Below, piece by piece: positions 32,532 through 42,341 of a stretch of DNA of 64,000 nucleotides (position 1 is the first letter of the stretch; every line of letters begins with the position of its first letter). The position numbers were made by a program, and so were the translations under genes. The notes under the pieces were generated by a model, which was not told the origin of the DNA, did no database searches, and was given only the letters and a program-made list of their open reading frames with translations. The DNA lies in the NCBI GenBank assembly GCA_019828565.1, contig JAHDYR010000012.1, positions 930,001 to 994,000 on the forward strand. Reading direction: 5' to 3'. Source of the DNA: Carpediemonas membranifera BICM (taxonomy: Eukaryota; Protista; Fornicata).

Positions 32532-34124
32532 CTAGAAATACTCCGCACGGAACTTACTGTGGTGGTGTCTACGCCTTGAGTGGTGCTTGAGCGTCCTCTC
32601 TGGTCCGATGGACTCGAAGGACGACTGCGGCGAGAGGGAGAGGGTCTCGCTCATATCGGTGCTCGTGGACAGCGCTGCGGGGACAATCATGGCGATTGGC
32701 TTCCCGGCCGAGGCGTCCTTGAGGGCCCTGACGGTCGACGCTGCGCTGCACTGCTCCGCGATCGAGCTTACGGTGAGACCCGAGGGCTCGGCTGTGCGCC
32801 AGTCAGCCCCCGCACCAATGAGCGTGGCTACGATGTCCCAGTGCTGCTCGCACGCTGCGGTGAGCATGGGCGTCAGACCCCGTGGAGTGAGGGCGTCGAG
32901 GTCGGCGTTCCAGCCGATGAGCAGACTGACCATGCGGATGTTGCCCTCCTCGCATGCTACATGGATCGGCCGTTGCCCAGTTGTCCTGGAGGCGTTGGGA
33001 TCCGCTCCGGCCTCGAGGAGCATGCGGGCAACGTCCACTGCGCCCTCCAGAACCGCCCGGAGGAGAGCGGTGTCACCGAACGCGTCTACAGACGTAACAC
33101 TCGCCCCATGTGCTAGGAGGAGCTGCAGAGCATCCGTCCTATTGCCGCATGCAGCGCGTATGACCGGCGAGTACCCGGTCGGGCTGGCCAGGTCGGGGTC
33201 TGCCCCCGCGTCCAGCAGACGGCCGAGCACGGCGATGTGGTTCGTTGCTACGGCCTCGAGCAGGGCTGTGTGACCCGCTGGGTCCATGCGGTCGACGTCA
33301 GCACCCGCTGTGATAAGCGCGTCGACCGTCTCGATACTGCCCGTCCGTACGGCGCAGATGAGGGGCGTCAGGCCGTTGTCTGTGGTGTTCGGGTTGGCCC
33401 CCGCCTGCACGGATCGGAGTACCAGGCCCGAGCTCTGGCTGTAGATGCTCTCAAACAGGTCGGCGTCGCAGTCTGCCAGAGGGGGCGCGTCCTCGTCGAA
33501 CCCTGCCTTGCGGAGGAGGCCGACGATGTCTCGATGACCAAGGTCCGTGGCAACCGATACTGCCGTGCGGCCCCGACGGTTGGACAGGCAGGCATCAGCC
33601 CCGGCGCCAAGCAGCTTCTGGACCACGGGCACGTTGTTCTTCGTGATGGCATGCATGAGCGGGGTATTCCCGCGGCTGTCGGGGGCGTTCACGTCGACTG
33701 CCGGATGGGCGAGCAGGGTCGCCAAGATGCCATCCTGTCCGGCGTCCACCGCGATGTGCAATGCCGTTCGATCATTCACAGACAGCATATTCACGTCGGC
33801 GTGGTACCTGAGTAGTTTCTTGAGTACTGTGTGCCGCGCGCCTGCCGCAGCCACGTGAATTGGTGCGACAATATTGGCGTCGAGCTGATCCACGTCCGCG
33901 CCGTAGCGAACGAGAATGTCAATGATATTGCTATGAATGGACTTATTTGATGCACACACGAGTGGCGTCTGGCCGTTCCCGTTGTGCCCGTTGACATCTG
34001 CTCCATTCTTCAACCAAAATTCAACAGATGCGGGATCGCCAGCCGCAATAGCGACAAACAACGACCGTATTAGCTTCTTTTTCGGGTCCTTCACTCGAAA
34101 CCCCGGGAACAAGCTTAGACGCAT
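32532..34124 (-). CDS. Ankyrin repeat protein (530 aa)
   Basis: Many GxTPL/TALH...GADVN ankyrin repeats; ATG start. Confidence 0.93.
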   Translation of the reverse strand: MRLSLFPGFRVKDPKKKLIRSLFVAIAAGDPASVEFWLKNGADVNGHNGNGQTPLVCASNKSIHSNIIDILVRYGADVDQLDANIVAPIHVAAAGARHTVLKKLLRYHADVNMLSVNDRTALHIAVDAGQDGILATLLAHPAVDVNAPDSRGNTPLMHAITKNNVPVVQKLLGAGADACLSNRRGRTAVSVATDLGHRDIVGLLRKAGFDEDAPPLADCDADLFESIYSQSSGLVLRSVQAGANPNTTDNGLTPLICAVRTGSIETVDALITAGADVDRMDPAGHTALLEAVATNHIAVLGRLLDAGADPDLASPTGYSPVIRAACGNRTDALQLLLAHGASVTSVDAFGDTALLRAVLEGAVDVARMLLEAGADPNASRTTGQRPIHVACEEGNIRMVSLLIGWNADLDALTPRGLTPMLTAACEQHWDIVATLIGAGADWRTAEPSGLTVSSIAEQCSAASTVRALKDASAGKPIAMIVPAALSTSTDMSETLSLSPQSSFESIGPERTLKHHSRRRHHHSKFRAEYF

Positions 34125-34324
34125 TGGCTGGTCGCTGAATTATCCGATTCTCTTGTGATTCTCAATGAAGCGACCGACGACGACTAAAGTAAGGTTTGTA
34201 TACGAGGCCTGCCAGTGGCACTTGCTGTTGCCCTTGGTGAGCAACTTAAGACGCGCTGGGCAAGATTATCTATTTCGGGATAAGCGCCACAGCTCATCGC
34301 CATTCTCAATACGGGCATCCCCGT

Positions 34325-36394
34325 TTAAACCTCGTTTATCGTCTTCAGTGATTCCAGCACCCGCTTGCGGGCCGACTTTCCGAGGGGCGCCACGTCCAGG
34401 GGCAGGTCACGCTGGGCGATCACCTGAACCGTCGGGGCGCCCTGACCGCGGGTGTCGTGGGCGATAAGGAAGTAGCTCGGGTACTGCAGCTGCAGCTCGT
34501 ACAGCACCAGCAACACGACACCCATCGCCACCTGCATCAGCTCAGCGTCCGCGGGGGGCGCCAGGCCGGGCGACACAGCGGAGCACACGCCCCAGAAGAC
34601 GTCAACGGGCATCGACCACGAGGGGGTGCGGGCCCCGATGCAGTGAGCCACGCGCAGCACAGTCTGCATGACGTCGCCGAGGACTTCGCTGTCGGACCGG
34701 GCGAGCCGCACGCCGCCGGCCAGCAGAGTGGGGAGGGCGCGCTCGAGCAGCGGCATGGGCTCGTCCTGGCCCCACTCAGTCCGGTCGCACAGCTGGCAAA
34801 GCCCGACGTCGCCCAGCCCGGGCAGTGTCAGCACCGTCGGCATCCCCACGGCGTCGAGCCATGCCTCCAGCCTGGCCAGTACCGTCTGGGGTCCGTGCGG
34901 GGCCAGGGCGTGCGGGGCCGAGGCGGGCAGCGGGTCTCGATGCAGTACTCGACCCGGGGCCGGTTGGGCCTTCTCCTCGGCCGCTGGGTCGGGAGCCGGC
35001 TGTGGCTCGGGCGCGGGGTCCCGCCCATGAGCACGCTCCTTCCGCTCCTTCTTCTTCAGCTTTCGCTCGTGGCGAGCGCGGCGCTCGTCGAGGGTGAGGT
35101 CCTCAACGAGGAGACGTTCCCTGAGGGCGGTCAGGTCGTCGTGGAGCATCGCCATGAGCGTGTCCTGGACTGCGGCCGCGATGAAGTACTGCAGCAGCCG
35201 CATGCTCTCCGCAGCCCGCGTCCGCTCCTTCTGGAGCTTAGCACGGGCCTTCTTGCGGGCCTGCCGCTTCTTCTTCGGGTCCATGGCGTTGTACCCGTCG
35301 ATCAGGGCCCCCCAATTCGTCGGCCCGTCCGACGCCTCCTTAGGGCCCGCGGGCGGTGTGGGGGGCGCCATGAGCGGGCCAAACAGCACCAGAAGCGACT
35401 CCATCTGATCGCTCATCGACCGCCAGACGGGCTCCACGGACTCGCCCGCGTCGAGTCGGGCCATCAGCTGCTGGAACTCGGCGCCCAGGGCTGCCGCGTC
35501 AATGGCGGCCTCCGGAGGGTACTCCTGCGCGATGCGGGCCTCGACCTCCTGCTGCCGCATGAGTGTCTGGTATCGGGTGACGATCTCGTCCACAACGGAC
35601 AGGAAGTGCTCGCCCTCAGGCCGCCGACTCAGCTCCCGTGCCAGGCTGTCAACGCGGGTGGGCAGGCCAGTGTCGTCGGTGAACAGGAACTGGCACTCAA
35701 GCCGGGCCCACGGGGCGCCCTCGGTGGGGCATGGCGGGGGCGTTTCGAGCGGCACAGGTGTGGCGTCCTCGGGGAAGAACATGCGCAGCAGACTCATGAG
35801 GTGGCGCTCGCGGCGCTTGGTGTCGGGTGCGGGGAGCAGGTCCAGACGGGACTGGAGGATCGACAGAACCGGGGCCTCGTCGGGGATGTCCTGCAGCACA
35901 GAGCACTGGCGGTTCAGACACACGATGACAGACTCGATATCGATGAAGGCAATTGCGTTGCGGTGCTTGCGGGGTAGGGTATCGTAGTACTGCTTGTACA
36001 CGGCCACAGAGGGCACCGCGTCGGACCAAATGTCCAGCGCGTCGGGAACGGGAGCCTGCGTACGGGGCATGCGTTCCAGCCCGGCGTCCCTAAGCTCGTG
36101 GCCGAGCAGGGTTGGAGGCGGTGTGGATGGCGCAGTGGGGGCTGCCGAAGCAGCAAACTGTTCGTGAACAATCGCCTCTGGAGGTGAAAGAGGCTCGATA
36201 ACCTTCTCAATAAGAGCTGGCGTGTCCTCAGGTTTGGCTTTGGGGCTAACTCTGGCGGATGGCGGGCTCTCTTCTGCGTTTGTCGTCTCCATCTCGACTA
36301 TATCGCAATAGAAGAACACAGGATCTTCATTAGCCAACTGATCAAGGAGTCCGCGAACGAGCCGGTACGGAGAGAGCGAATCGGCGGCGTTCAT
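34325..36394 (-). CDS. Hypothetical protein (689 aa; coiled-coil and basic segments)
   Basis: Long ATG-initiated ORF with host-like codon bias; no family recognised. Confidence 0.75.
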   Translation of the reverse strand: MNAADSLSPYRLVRGLLDQLANEDPVFFYCDIVEMETTNAEESPPSARVSPKAKPEDTPALIEKVIEPLSPPEAIVHEQFAASAAPTAPSTPPPTLLGHELRDAGLERMPRTQAPVPDALDIWSDAVPSVAVYKQYYDTLPRKHRNAIAFIDIESVIVCLNRQCSVLQDIPDEAPVLSILQSRLDLLPAPDTKRRERHLMSLLRMFFPEDATPVPLETPPPCPTEGAPWARLECQFLFTDDTGLPTRVDSLARELSRRPEGEHFLSVVDEIVTRYQTLMRQQEVEARIAQEYPPEAAIDAAALGAEFQQLMARLDAGESVEPVWRSMSDQMESLLVLFGPLMAPPTPPAGPKEASDGPTNWGALIDGYNAMDPKKKRQARKKARAKLQKERTRAAESMRLLQYFIAAAVQDTLMAMLHDDLTALRERLLVEDLTLDERRARHERKLKKKERKERAHGRDPAPEPQPAPDPAAEEKAQPAPGRVLHRDPLPASAPHALAPHGPQTVLARLEAWLDAVGMPTVLTLPGLGDVGLCQLCDRTEWGQDEPMPLLERALPTLLAGGVRLARSDSEVLGDVMQTVLRVAHCIGARTPSWSMPVDVFWGVCSAVSPGLAPPADAELMQVAMGVVLLVLYELQLQYPSYFLIAHDTRGQGAPTVQVIAQRDLPLDVAPLGKSARKRVLESLKTINEV

Positions 36395-36594
36395 AGGGGA
36401 CCTTGATGTCTGACTTTCGTCGAGTCACTATGACCTCGTCATTTCATCCCGCCCATGTCAGACCGGAAATGGACACCGAAAATTCGCTATATTAGGTGAG
36501 GCCACATACTTTGATCTCTTGTCGAGCAAGTCTAATCCCGTGTGATTTAGAATCCGGCGTGCTGTCGCTTTGTTTGCTCAGTTTGGCGCCTGAG

Positions 36595-37353
36595 CTATAC
36601 TCCCAGCCCCCGGTAGACCATAGCCGTGACAGATCGCTCCTCGGCGGCCTCGTCCCGGTCCACCGCAGGCTGCTGGAGCTGGGAGGGGCTCGGGTGGCGG
36701 TCAAAGAATCCAGCTCGCACGTCAGCTACCCACTCACGCCGCTGCTCGGTAATAGGGGCCATGATGGCTACGTCAACAGGCGGCTGGACGGGCTCCGTGA
36801 CGATGAATGGTTGTTGCTGCACCATGGGGGCCGCCATCAAGACCGACCGACGGGACCTGTGCTGACTGGCCCCAGCCAATGACTCAGGCTGCTTAGCGGC
36901 TGTCTGCTTTCTGGTTTGCGTGCGGCGGGGTGGATCCTCTTCAAAGTCTTGCAGCAGCTTCGCGGGGTCATCGACGAGGAGCTCCGTCCCAAACTCAGGC
37001 AGTTTGACATTGGGCTTGAGGGAGTAGTGCTTGACCGTGGAGTGCTCCGGGTCGTAGTCGGTGACGTGCACGTTCAGCTTCTCTCCTGGGAACGCCTTAT
37101 TTCGCAGAAAATCAACACTCTCGTGCGCTGGAGCGAAACGGAACTCATTTGTTCCGTACGAGTATACATTCTTCCCTGATTTGATCGACACGAACAGACT
37201 GCAGCCACAAATTCTCGAGATCTCATGGCTTTTGCTCACGATGCTGCGCTTTCTCTTGCTAAACGTAGTATTCCGCCTCTTTCGATCAGTGATGAATGTG
37301 AGGCTGCGAGATCGTTTCGTCTCGGACGGCTCATCCATCCTGCCCGTTTTCAT
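36595..37353 (-). CDS. MADS-box (SRF/Mcm1-like) transcription factor
   Basis: LTFITDRKRRNTTFSKRKRSIVSKSHEISRICGC is a MADS domain. Confidence 0.88.
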   Translation of the reverse strand: MKTGRMDEPSETKRSRSLTFITDRKRRNTTFSKRKRSIVSKSHEISRICGCSLFVSIKSGKNVYSYGTNEFRFAPAHESVDFLRNKAFPGEKLNVHVTDYDPEHSTVKHYSLKPNVKLPEFGTELLVDDPAKLLQDFEEDPPRRTQTRKQTAAKQPESLAGASQHRSRRSVLMAAPMVQQQPFIVTEPVQPPVDVAIMAPITEQRREWVADVRAGFFDRHPSPSQLQQPAVDRDEAAEERSVTAMVYRGLGV

Positions 37354-37676
37354 GATGATCTCCTGTTTTTTTCTTGCACTCCCCCCGATTTGCGGGATCT
37401 TGTGTAGGACCCCTCTATATCATTCTCACATCCCGTATATTGTCTCAGATTTGAGCCTCGTCATCGGTGAATCTTGGCGTGTAAATGAGACAGATTTCAA
37501 GATCAAGCAGTGAAAATCCACCCGAGAAATAGAGACTGGCTAATAAAAACAGCTCCACAACCGGGTTGACGCAGTTTCAATGCCTGGCAAGGGCAGAACT
37601 TCCAAAACCCCAGCCAGGGGCGGCAAATGCCGGCAAACCTTGTTGTGTTTATATAGCGACAGAGTGACAGAGCGCC

Positions 37677-38099
37677 TTACTTCTCCCGGAGCTCATCGAT
37701 GAAAGCGACAAGCATCTCCCCGATCTTCTTCGTGTCGACGGCGGCCGTGACCTTGTCGTAGCAGCCGCTGCCACTGGGCGACGTCACCGTGACGTTCACC
37801 TTGAAGGCCTGGTCGTCCACGTCGTCGCAGAAGTCCGGGATGGCGATCTTGGCAGAGACCTTGCCGTCCGCATCCTCGCCCTCAAGGTCAATCTCGATCT
37901 TCATATCGTAACCCTCGTAGCGTTTTCCCTTGCGGATGTTCACGTAAGCATCACCAGACACAGTTTTGCAAACGCTTGTCATCTTCAGATCGCCGGATTC
38001 GAACTCGAGGCCAGAGAACATCTCCTTCAGCCGATCGCAAGCCCAGGAGCTCCACTTCTTCTCTTCCCAATGCCACTGGTTAACGTTCCATGTAGACAT
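37677..38099 (-). CDS. Activator of Hsp90 ATPase N-terminal domain protein (Aha1-N/Hch1-like, 140 aa)
   Basis: WNVNQWHWEEK (NxNNWHW motif) and GDAYVNIRKGK; first ATG at 38099. Confidence 0.88.
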   Translation of the reverse strand: MSTWNVNQWHWEEKKWSSWACDRLKEMFSGLEFESGDLKMTSVCKTVSGDAYVNIRKGKRYEGYDMKIEIDLEGEDADGKVSAKIAIPDFCDDVDDQAFKVNVTVTSPSGSGCYDKVTAAVDTKKIGEMLVAFIDELREK

Positions 38100-38272
38100 G
38101 ATTTCCAATTCAGGTAGAAGATTTCGGCTGCGTTCTTGTCGCAATGACAAGTCCGATCAATCCGTGGGATCAATTCCATGGGCATTTATGGTTGTTTCGA
38201 ATTACATAAGTTGAACATAAATCCCGAGATATCACGAGATATGTTTATCTTAACCGTTATAGAAGCTGATAA

Positions 38273-40120
38273 TCACCCCTTGTTCTCTGGGGAGGCGTAA
38301 CCATGCATCGCGGTGTTCGCAGTTTGGCACTTGGGGCAGAGGTAGCCGGTATTGATCTTCGTTGCTTCAAACCGGTGGTCGCACTGCAAGCACTGAGCCA
38401 CGACCCGCGGGAACATGGAGTCGAACTCGTCCCGCTGGTCGGGGGGGAGGCGGTTTCGGTGGATCTTGATGTCGATCTCCTCTGACCGGATGATGTCAGC
38501 CCTAAACTGCTCCCAAGAGTCGCGCTCCTTGCCCTCGATGATCAGCTTCTTGCACAGCGGGCATTGGACGTTGTCCGCGCTGACCATGCTCCACCAGCAG
38601 CTCGTGTGCATGGCGTGGCCGCAGGGCAGCTGGATTGGGGGGATCTTGTGGAGCCGCATGTCCTCGAAGCACACAGGGCAGTCCTTATCGAACTCTTGCG
38701 TGGCGTTCGGGGAGCAGTGGTGGACGATGGTGATGGCGGGCGACGGGTAGCAGCAGCCGCACACGTCACAGTGGACGTTCGTCTCGCGGGTCCCGACGAG
38801 GCAGAACCCGCACTTGTCACAGTGATAGATGAGCTTGCACGGGTGCTTATCGAGCATCTTGCACTTGTCGCAGTAGTAGTTGGCGACGTCCTTGCCGCAG
38901 TGGTGGCACGCCATCCCGATGGGGCCCTTCATCCCACACCAGAGGCAGTGCATGTGCGTCACGGCCATGCGGTCGAAGCGGTGGTCGTCGACGGTTGCGT
39001 CGTGACAGAATCTGCAGGGGAAGTGGTCATCGCACGTCGGGCAGTAGAGCTCGGCGTCCCGCATGTAGTGGCGGCACCCGTGGGGCTCGTGGCGGTACTC
39101 CGTTATGGGGATGTTGCGGATGACCCAGCTGGCCATCTCACACAGCACCTGCATGTGCGTGTAGAGCTCGTGGTACGTGTCCTGGAAGATGCGCTCGTAC
39201 GCCACCTCGCGGTCCAGCCCCGTGACCTCCTCGGGGACGTGCGGGCCCAGGAACTCGTCCCTAATGAGGGTGTAGACGTCGTTGTAGTACGACTCGTGGA
39301 CGAGGTCCTCCATGGCTGTCTCGCACGCCGCGCCGCTGTCCATGTACGCCGCACGGAACTGCGCCTCGGTCATGACATTGCCGTGCTCGTCCTCGGCCTG
39401 GCTGAGCCCCAGAAAGAGCCGGCCGTCCTCGGGGACCAGGGTGTGCAGGGCTGCCCGGATCTCTGGTGTCACGATGTCTGACGCCAGCACAAGCTCGGCC
39501 AGCTGCGTCTTCTCGAGCTCGTCTGGCTGATCTAGCGAGAGATCGCCGACCGACATCATCAGCATGGGCCGCATGGAGTTAATGGGGGCGTTTGCCTCGA
39601 GCGATTCGACTTCGCGGATGATCGCCTGGATCTCATCCTCCTGACGGGCCTCAATGTCGGGATCGTTGTCCTCGCCCCCCTCCTGGTTGCGGACCCCGGT
39701 GAAGGTGAGGACGTCGCTGACCCGCGGGTTCCGTGACGTCTGATCGGGGGAGGGGCCCGACTGCGACGAGGCTATACGCGGGCTCCGCTGCAAGATGCGA
39801 AGCACACCGTCGCGCCACTTCCTGTGGCGCCGGTCAACTGCAAGGCGCTGCTTCACGTCCTCAATGTGGTTGGTCTGCATGTCGATAAAACCATCAATGA
39901 GCTTATCGATCAGTTCTATGCTCACATTAGCAAACATAACATAGGCATCTTGAGCCACTTTCGTCGTATTGACGAAAGATTGCAATTCCTGCCGTTGCCG
40001 CTCTTGCACACGTTTCATCTTCTCATCAGGAGTCAGGTCGGGGCTTTTCATGATCTCTTGTACCGTGAGAAGCCCACTCATACCTTCACTGGCATTGCTT
40101 TCCGTCTTCTCGGAACCCAT
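38273..40120 (-). CDS. CHY zinc finger / RING E3 ligase (Pirh2/RCHY1-like) with N-terminal extension
   Basis: GCRHY...CRFCHD (CHY), CTCHY-type Cys repeats, RING CPVC...LPCGHAMHTSC...CPLC, and a C-terminal zinc ribbon. Confidence 0.9.
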   Translation of the reverse strand: MGSEKTESNASEGMSGLLTVQEIMKSPDLTPDEKMKRVQERQRQELQSFVNTTKVAQDAYVMFANVSIELIDKLIDGFIDMQTNHIEDVKQRLAVDRRHRKWRDGVLRILQRSPRIASSQSGPSPDQTSRNPRVSDVLTFTGVRNQEGGEDNDPDIEARQEDEIQAIIREVESLEANAPINSMRPMLMMSVGDLSLDQPDELEKTQLAELVLASDIVTPEIRAALHTLVPEDGRLFLGLSQAEDEHGNVMTEAQFRAAYMDSGAACETAMEDLVHESYYNDVYTLIRDEFLGPHVPEEVTGLDREVAYERIFQDTYHELYTHMQVLCEMASWVIRNIPITEYRHEPHGCRHYMRDAELYCPTCDDHFPCRFCHDATVDDHRFDRMAVTHMHCLWCGMKGPIGMACHHCGKDVANYYCDKCKMLDKHPCKLIYHCDKCGFCLVGTRETNVHCDVCGCCYPSPAITIVHHCSPNATQEFDKDCPVCFEDMRLHKIPPIQLPCGHAMHTSCWWSMVSADNVQCPLCKKLIIEGKERDSWEQFRADIIRSEEIDIKIHRNRLPPDQRDEFDSMFPRVVAQCLQCDHRFEATKINTGYLCPKCQTANTAMHGYASPENKG

Positions 40121-40230
40121 GGCTGGTCAGACGTTAGTTAGTGAAGAAACCTGCTTCGGACGAGACAAATACATCATTCATTTACCGTTTACATAAGGCT
40201 TCAACTGGTGACGGGGGCATCAGTACAGCA

Positions 40231-41625
40231 CTACACAGCAGTAGACAGCAGGGTCTCGAGTGCCTCCTCCCCGTCGCCGTGGACGGAGCTGCCTCGGGGC
40301 AACAGTGAGGTCAAGGCGATAAGAGCGAGGGCCAGACCCACCGCTATGATCATGAGCAGCACTACAACCAGTGCCACCAGGATAAAGGCTGCGATGCCGA
40401 GTAGAAGTAGCATCGACATCGGCAGGTTGTTCCCGTCACCGGGGGCGGTCGGGGCGGTCGGGGGGCCGAAGACGAGCACACGGCCCGCCTCGTCGTCGAT
40501 ACCGTACGACCCAACAAACGCAACGTCCGCCCCCACGGCGAGGGCGAACCCAAAGAGGTCGCCAACATCGCCGCCAGTGGCCGTGGCCATCGCCGTGCGA
40601 GTCCAGCGTCCCTGCTTGAGCTTGAACACAACTGCCGCACCCTGGTTCTCGGCGTAGCCCGGCATGCCGATCCAGGCGCCGGCCTCGCACAGGCATACCG
40701 ACGCCCCGAGCATCTGCCCTTCGGCCACGGTGTCAGGCTCCAGAGTCTGCTTCAGGGTCCAGACCGTGCCAGTCCGGGTGAAGGCGTATGCGGCGCCGCT
40801 GAGGGAGTGGTCGCCCGAGTGGTGTGACGCCCCGACCAGCATGTGCTCCCCGTCAACTGCCACGGCGCCGCCAAAGAAGTCGTTCGCATGGCCACTGGGG
40901 GCATGGACGACGGATTGCACGGCCCAGCTCCCGGATCTGGGGATGAAGACGCTGACCGTGCCCGGGCTGAACGAGTCGTGTGCACCCACTGCCACCGAGT
41001 AGCTGTCGAACGCCACCGCGGCCCCAAAGTACCCCGCGCTCTCCGACGGTGGGGACAGTGTCGTGTTGAGCATCCATACTCCCGCAGACCGGTGAAAGAT
41101 GAAGACCCGGCCAGCATTGGCTTGGGGGGCGCCAATAACGAGGACGTCGCCAGAAACCGCCACGCTACTGCCGAATCCAGCAGCGGAACCGGGGGCTTGA
41201 ATCTTGGCCTGCTGCAGCCATTGGCCTGAGACATCCACGAAGACGTACACGGCGGTGTCGTGGGGAGCACCGACCACCACGGTGTCGCCATCAATGTCGA
41301 CAGCCTTGCCAAAGGCGCTCTGGGCTGCAATTCCGCTACCGGCGAGCTCCGCAGTCTGCTGCCAGTGGTCATTCTTCAGCGATATGATGTACGCCGCTCC
41401 GGCGTCGTCGCCCATTTTGTTGCTTTGATACGCACCTACAATGGCTGTAGTAGCATCAGCTGCAACGGAGAAGCCGAACGCGCTGTAGCTAGACGCGTCT
41501 GAGGCCTTGATTTCTGCAATCTCGGTCCAAGCAGTCGAACTTGCGGCGACAGAGGGCTGCAGAGAAGCCAGAAGCAATGATAATGCCAGCACAATGAATG
41601 GACCGGTTATTGATCCGACAGCCAT
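40231..41625 (-). CDS. FG-GAP repeat beta-propeller membrane protein
   Basis: Signal peptide, ~7 FGxxVA...VGA repeats and a C-terminal hydrophobic segment. Confidence 0.85.
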   Translation of the reverse strand: MAVGSITGPFIVLALSLLLASLQPSVAASSTAWTEIAEIKASDASSYSAFGFSVAADATTAIVGAYQSNKMGDDAGAAYIISLKNDHWQQTAELAGSGIAAQSAFGKAVDIDGDTVVVGAPHDTAVYVFVDVSGQWLQQAKIQAPGSAAGFGSSVAVSGDVLVIGAPQANAGRVFIFHRSAGVWMLNTTLSPPSESAGYFGAAVAFDSYSVAVGAHDSFSPGTVSVFIPRSGSWAVQSVVHAPSGHANDFFGGAVAVDGEHMLVGASHHSGDHSLSGAAYAFTRTGTVWTLKQTLEPDTVAEGQMLGASVCLCEAGAWIGMPGYAENQGAAVVFKLKQGRWTRTAMATATGGDVGDLFGFALAVGADVAFVGSYGIDDEAGRVLVFGPPTAPTAPGDGNNLPMSMLLLLGIAAFILVALVVVLLMIIAVGLALALIALTSLLPRGSSVHGDGEEALETLLSTAV

Positions 41626-41834
41626 CAAATCGATATTGGTATAAGCCGATCACTGGCAGTTTTGCCTGCAACCCCCGGCACACTCACAGTCTGTCAGGCA
41701 ACTCACTCCCCAAGTGGTCCTGATGCCCTTTTGGCACGTCTCAAATGCAGTAATGCAGCAATGCAGCAATGAAGCTTTATCCGCGGGAACAAGATGGCAA
41801 GGGCACTACAACTGAGCCAAGCTCATGCCCCGAT

Positions 41835-42170
41835 CTACTTGGCCTTCTTGGCCTCGTGATTTCCCGCAGTAGCCTTTCCGGCAGGGTCGGAGGTGGTCTT
41901 GCCCTTGGTCTTCTTCCCAAAGATCTTTTGCTGCTTGACGAGTCGCTTCTCTTCCCTCTTCTGCCTTGTCTCAGCATCAGCCTTCTCATTTTCCTCCTTC
42001 TTCTTGGCTACGGCCTCTGCGTGAACCGAGAGGATCCTTTCCTTCCCCACGACCTTGTACACGACGAACAGCATCACAAATAGATAGAGCACCGGCAGTG
42101 ACAGGAGGAAGCCAATCTTCCAGGTGAAGTGTATCTTCGTCAACCATTCGTGTGAGTCAGAAGCAGGCAT
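41835..42170 (-). CDS. Small single-pass membrane protein with Lys-rich tail (111 aa)
   Basis: ATG at 42170 (MPASDSHEW), a hydrophobic helix and a K/E-rich coiled coil; fills the gap between neighbouring genes. Confidence 0.65.
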   Translation of the reverse strand: MPASDSHEWLTKIHFTWKIGFLLSLPVLYLFVMLFVVYKVVGKERILSVHAEAVAKKKEENEKADAETRQKREEKRLVKQQKIFGKKTKGKTTSDPAGKATAGNHEAKKAK

Positions 42171-42341
42171 TGTGAACGCTTCTGTCTTTAGTTTGTGCCT
42201 TAACCTGCCTGGCCAGAGAAACGAGGCTAGACCAGCAACACATCTCTTTGCACAGCTGAGCCCAGCTTCCCAAGATTTACGTGTTATGTGCCGAAATGTA
42301 TCCCAGCGAGACAAGAAGACAATTCCCCACGAAACGAGAGA

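Larger units (their letters stand above)
13809..33266. repeat. Tandem array of a ~1896-bp unit (3' part of ankyrin gene plus downstream DNA)
   Basis: Complete units at 23786-25680, 25681-27575, 27576-29473, 29474-31370 and 31371-33266. A sixth unit (13809-14963 plus 23348-23785) is interrupted by insertions. Units differ almost only in homopolymer length. Confidence 0.95.
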
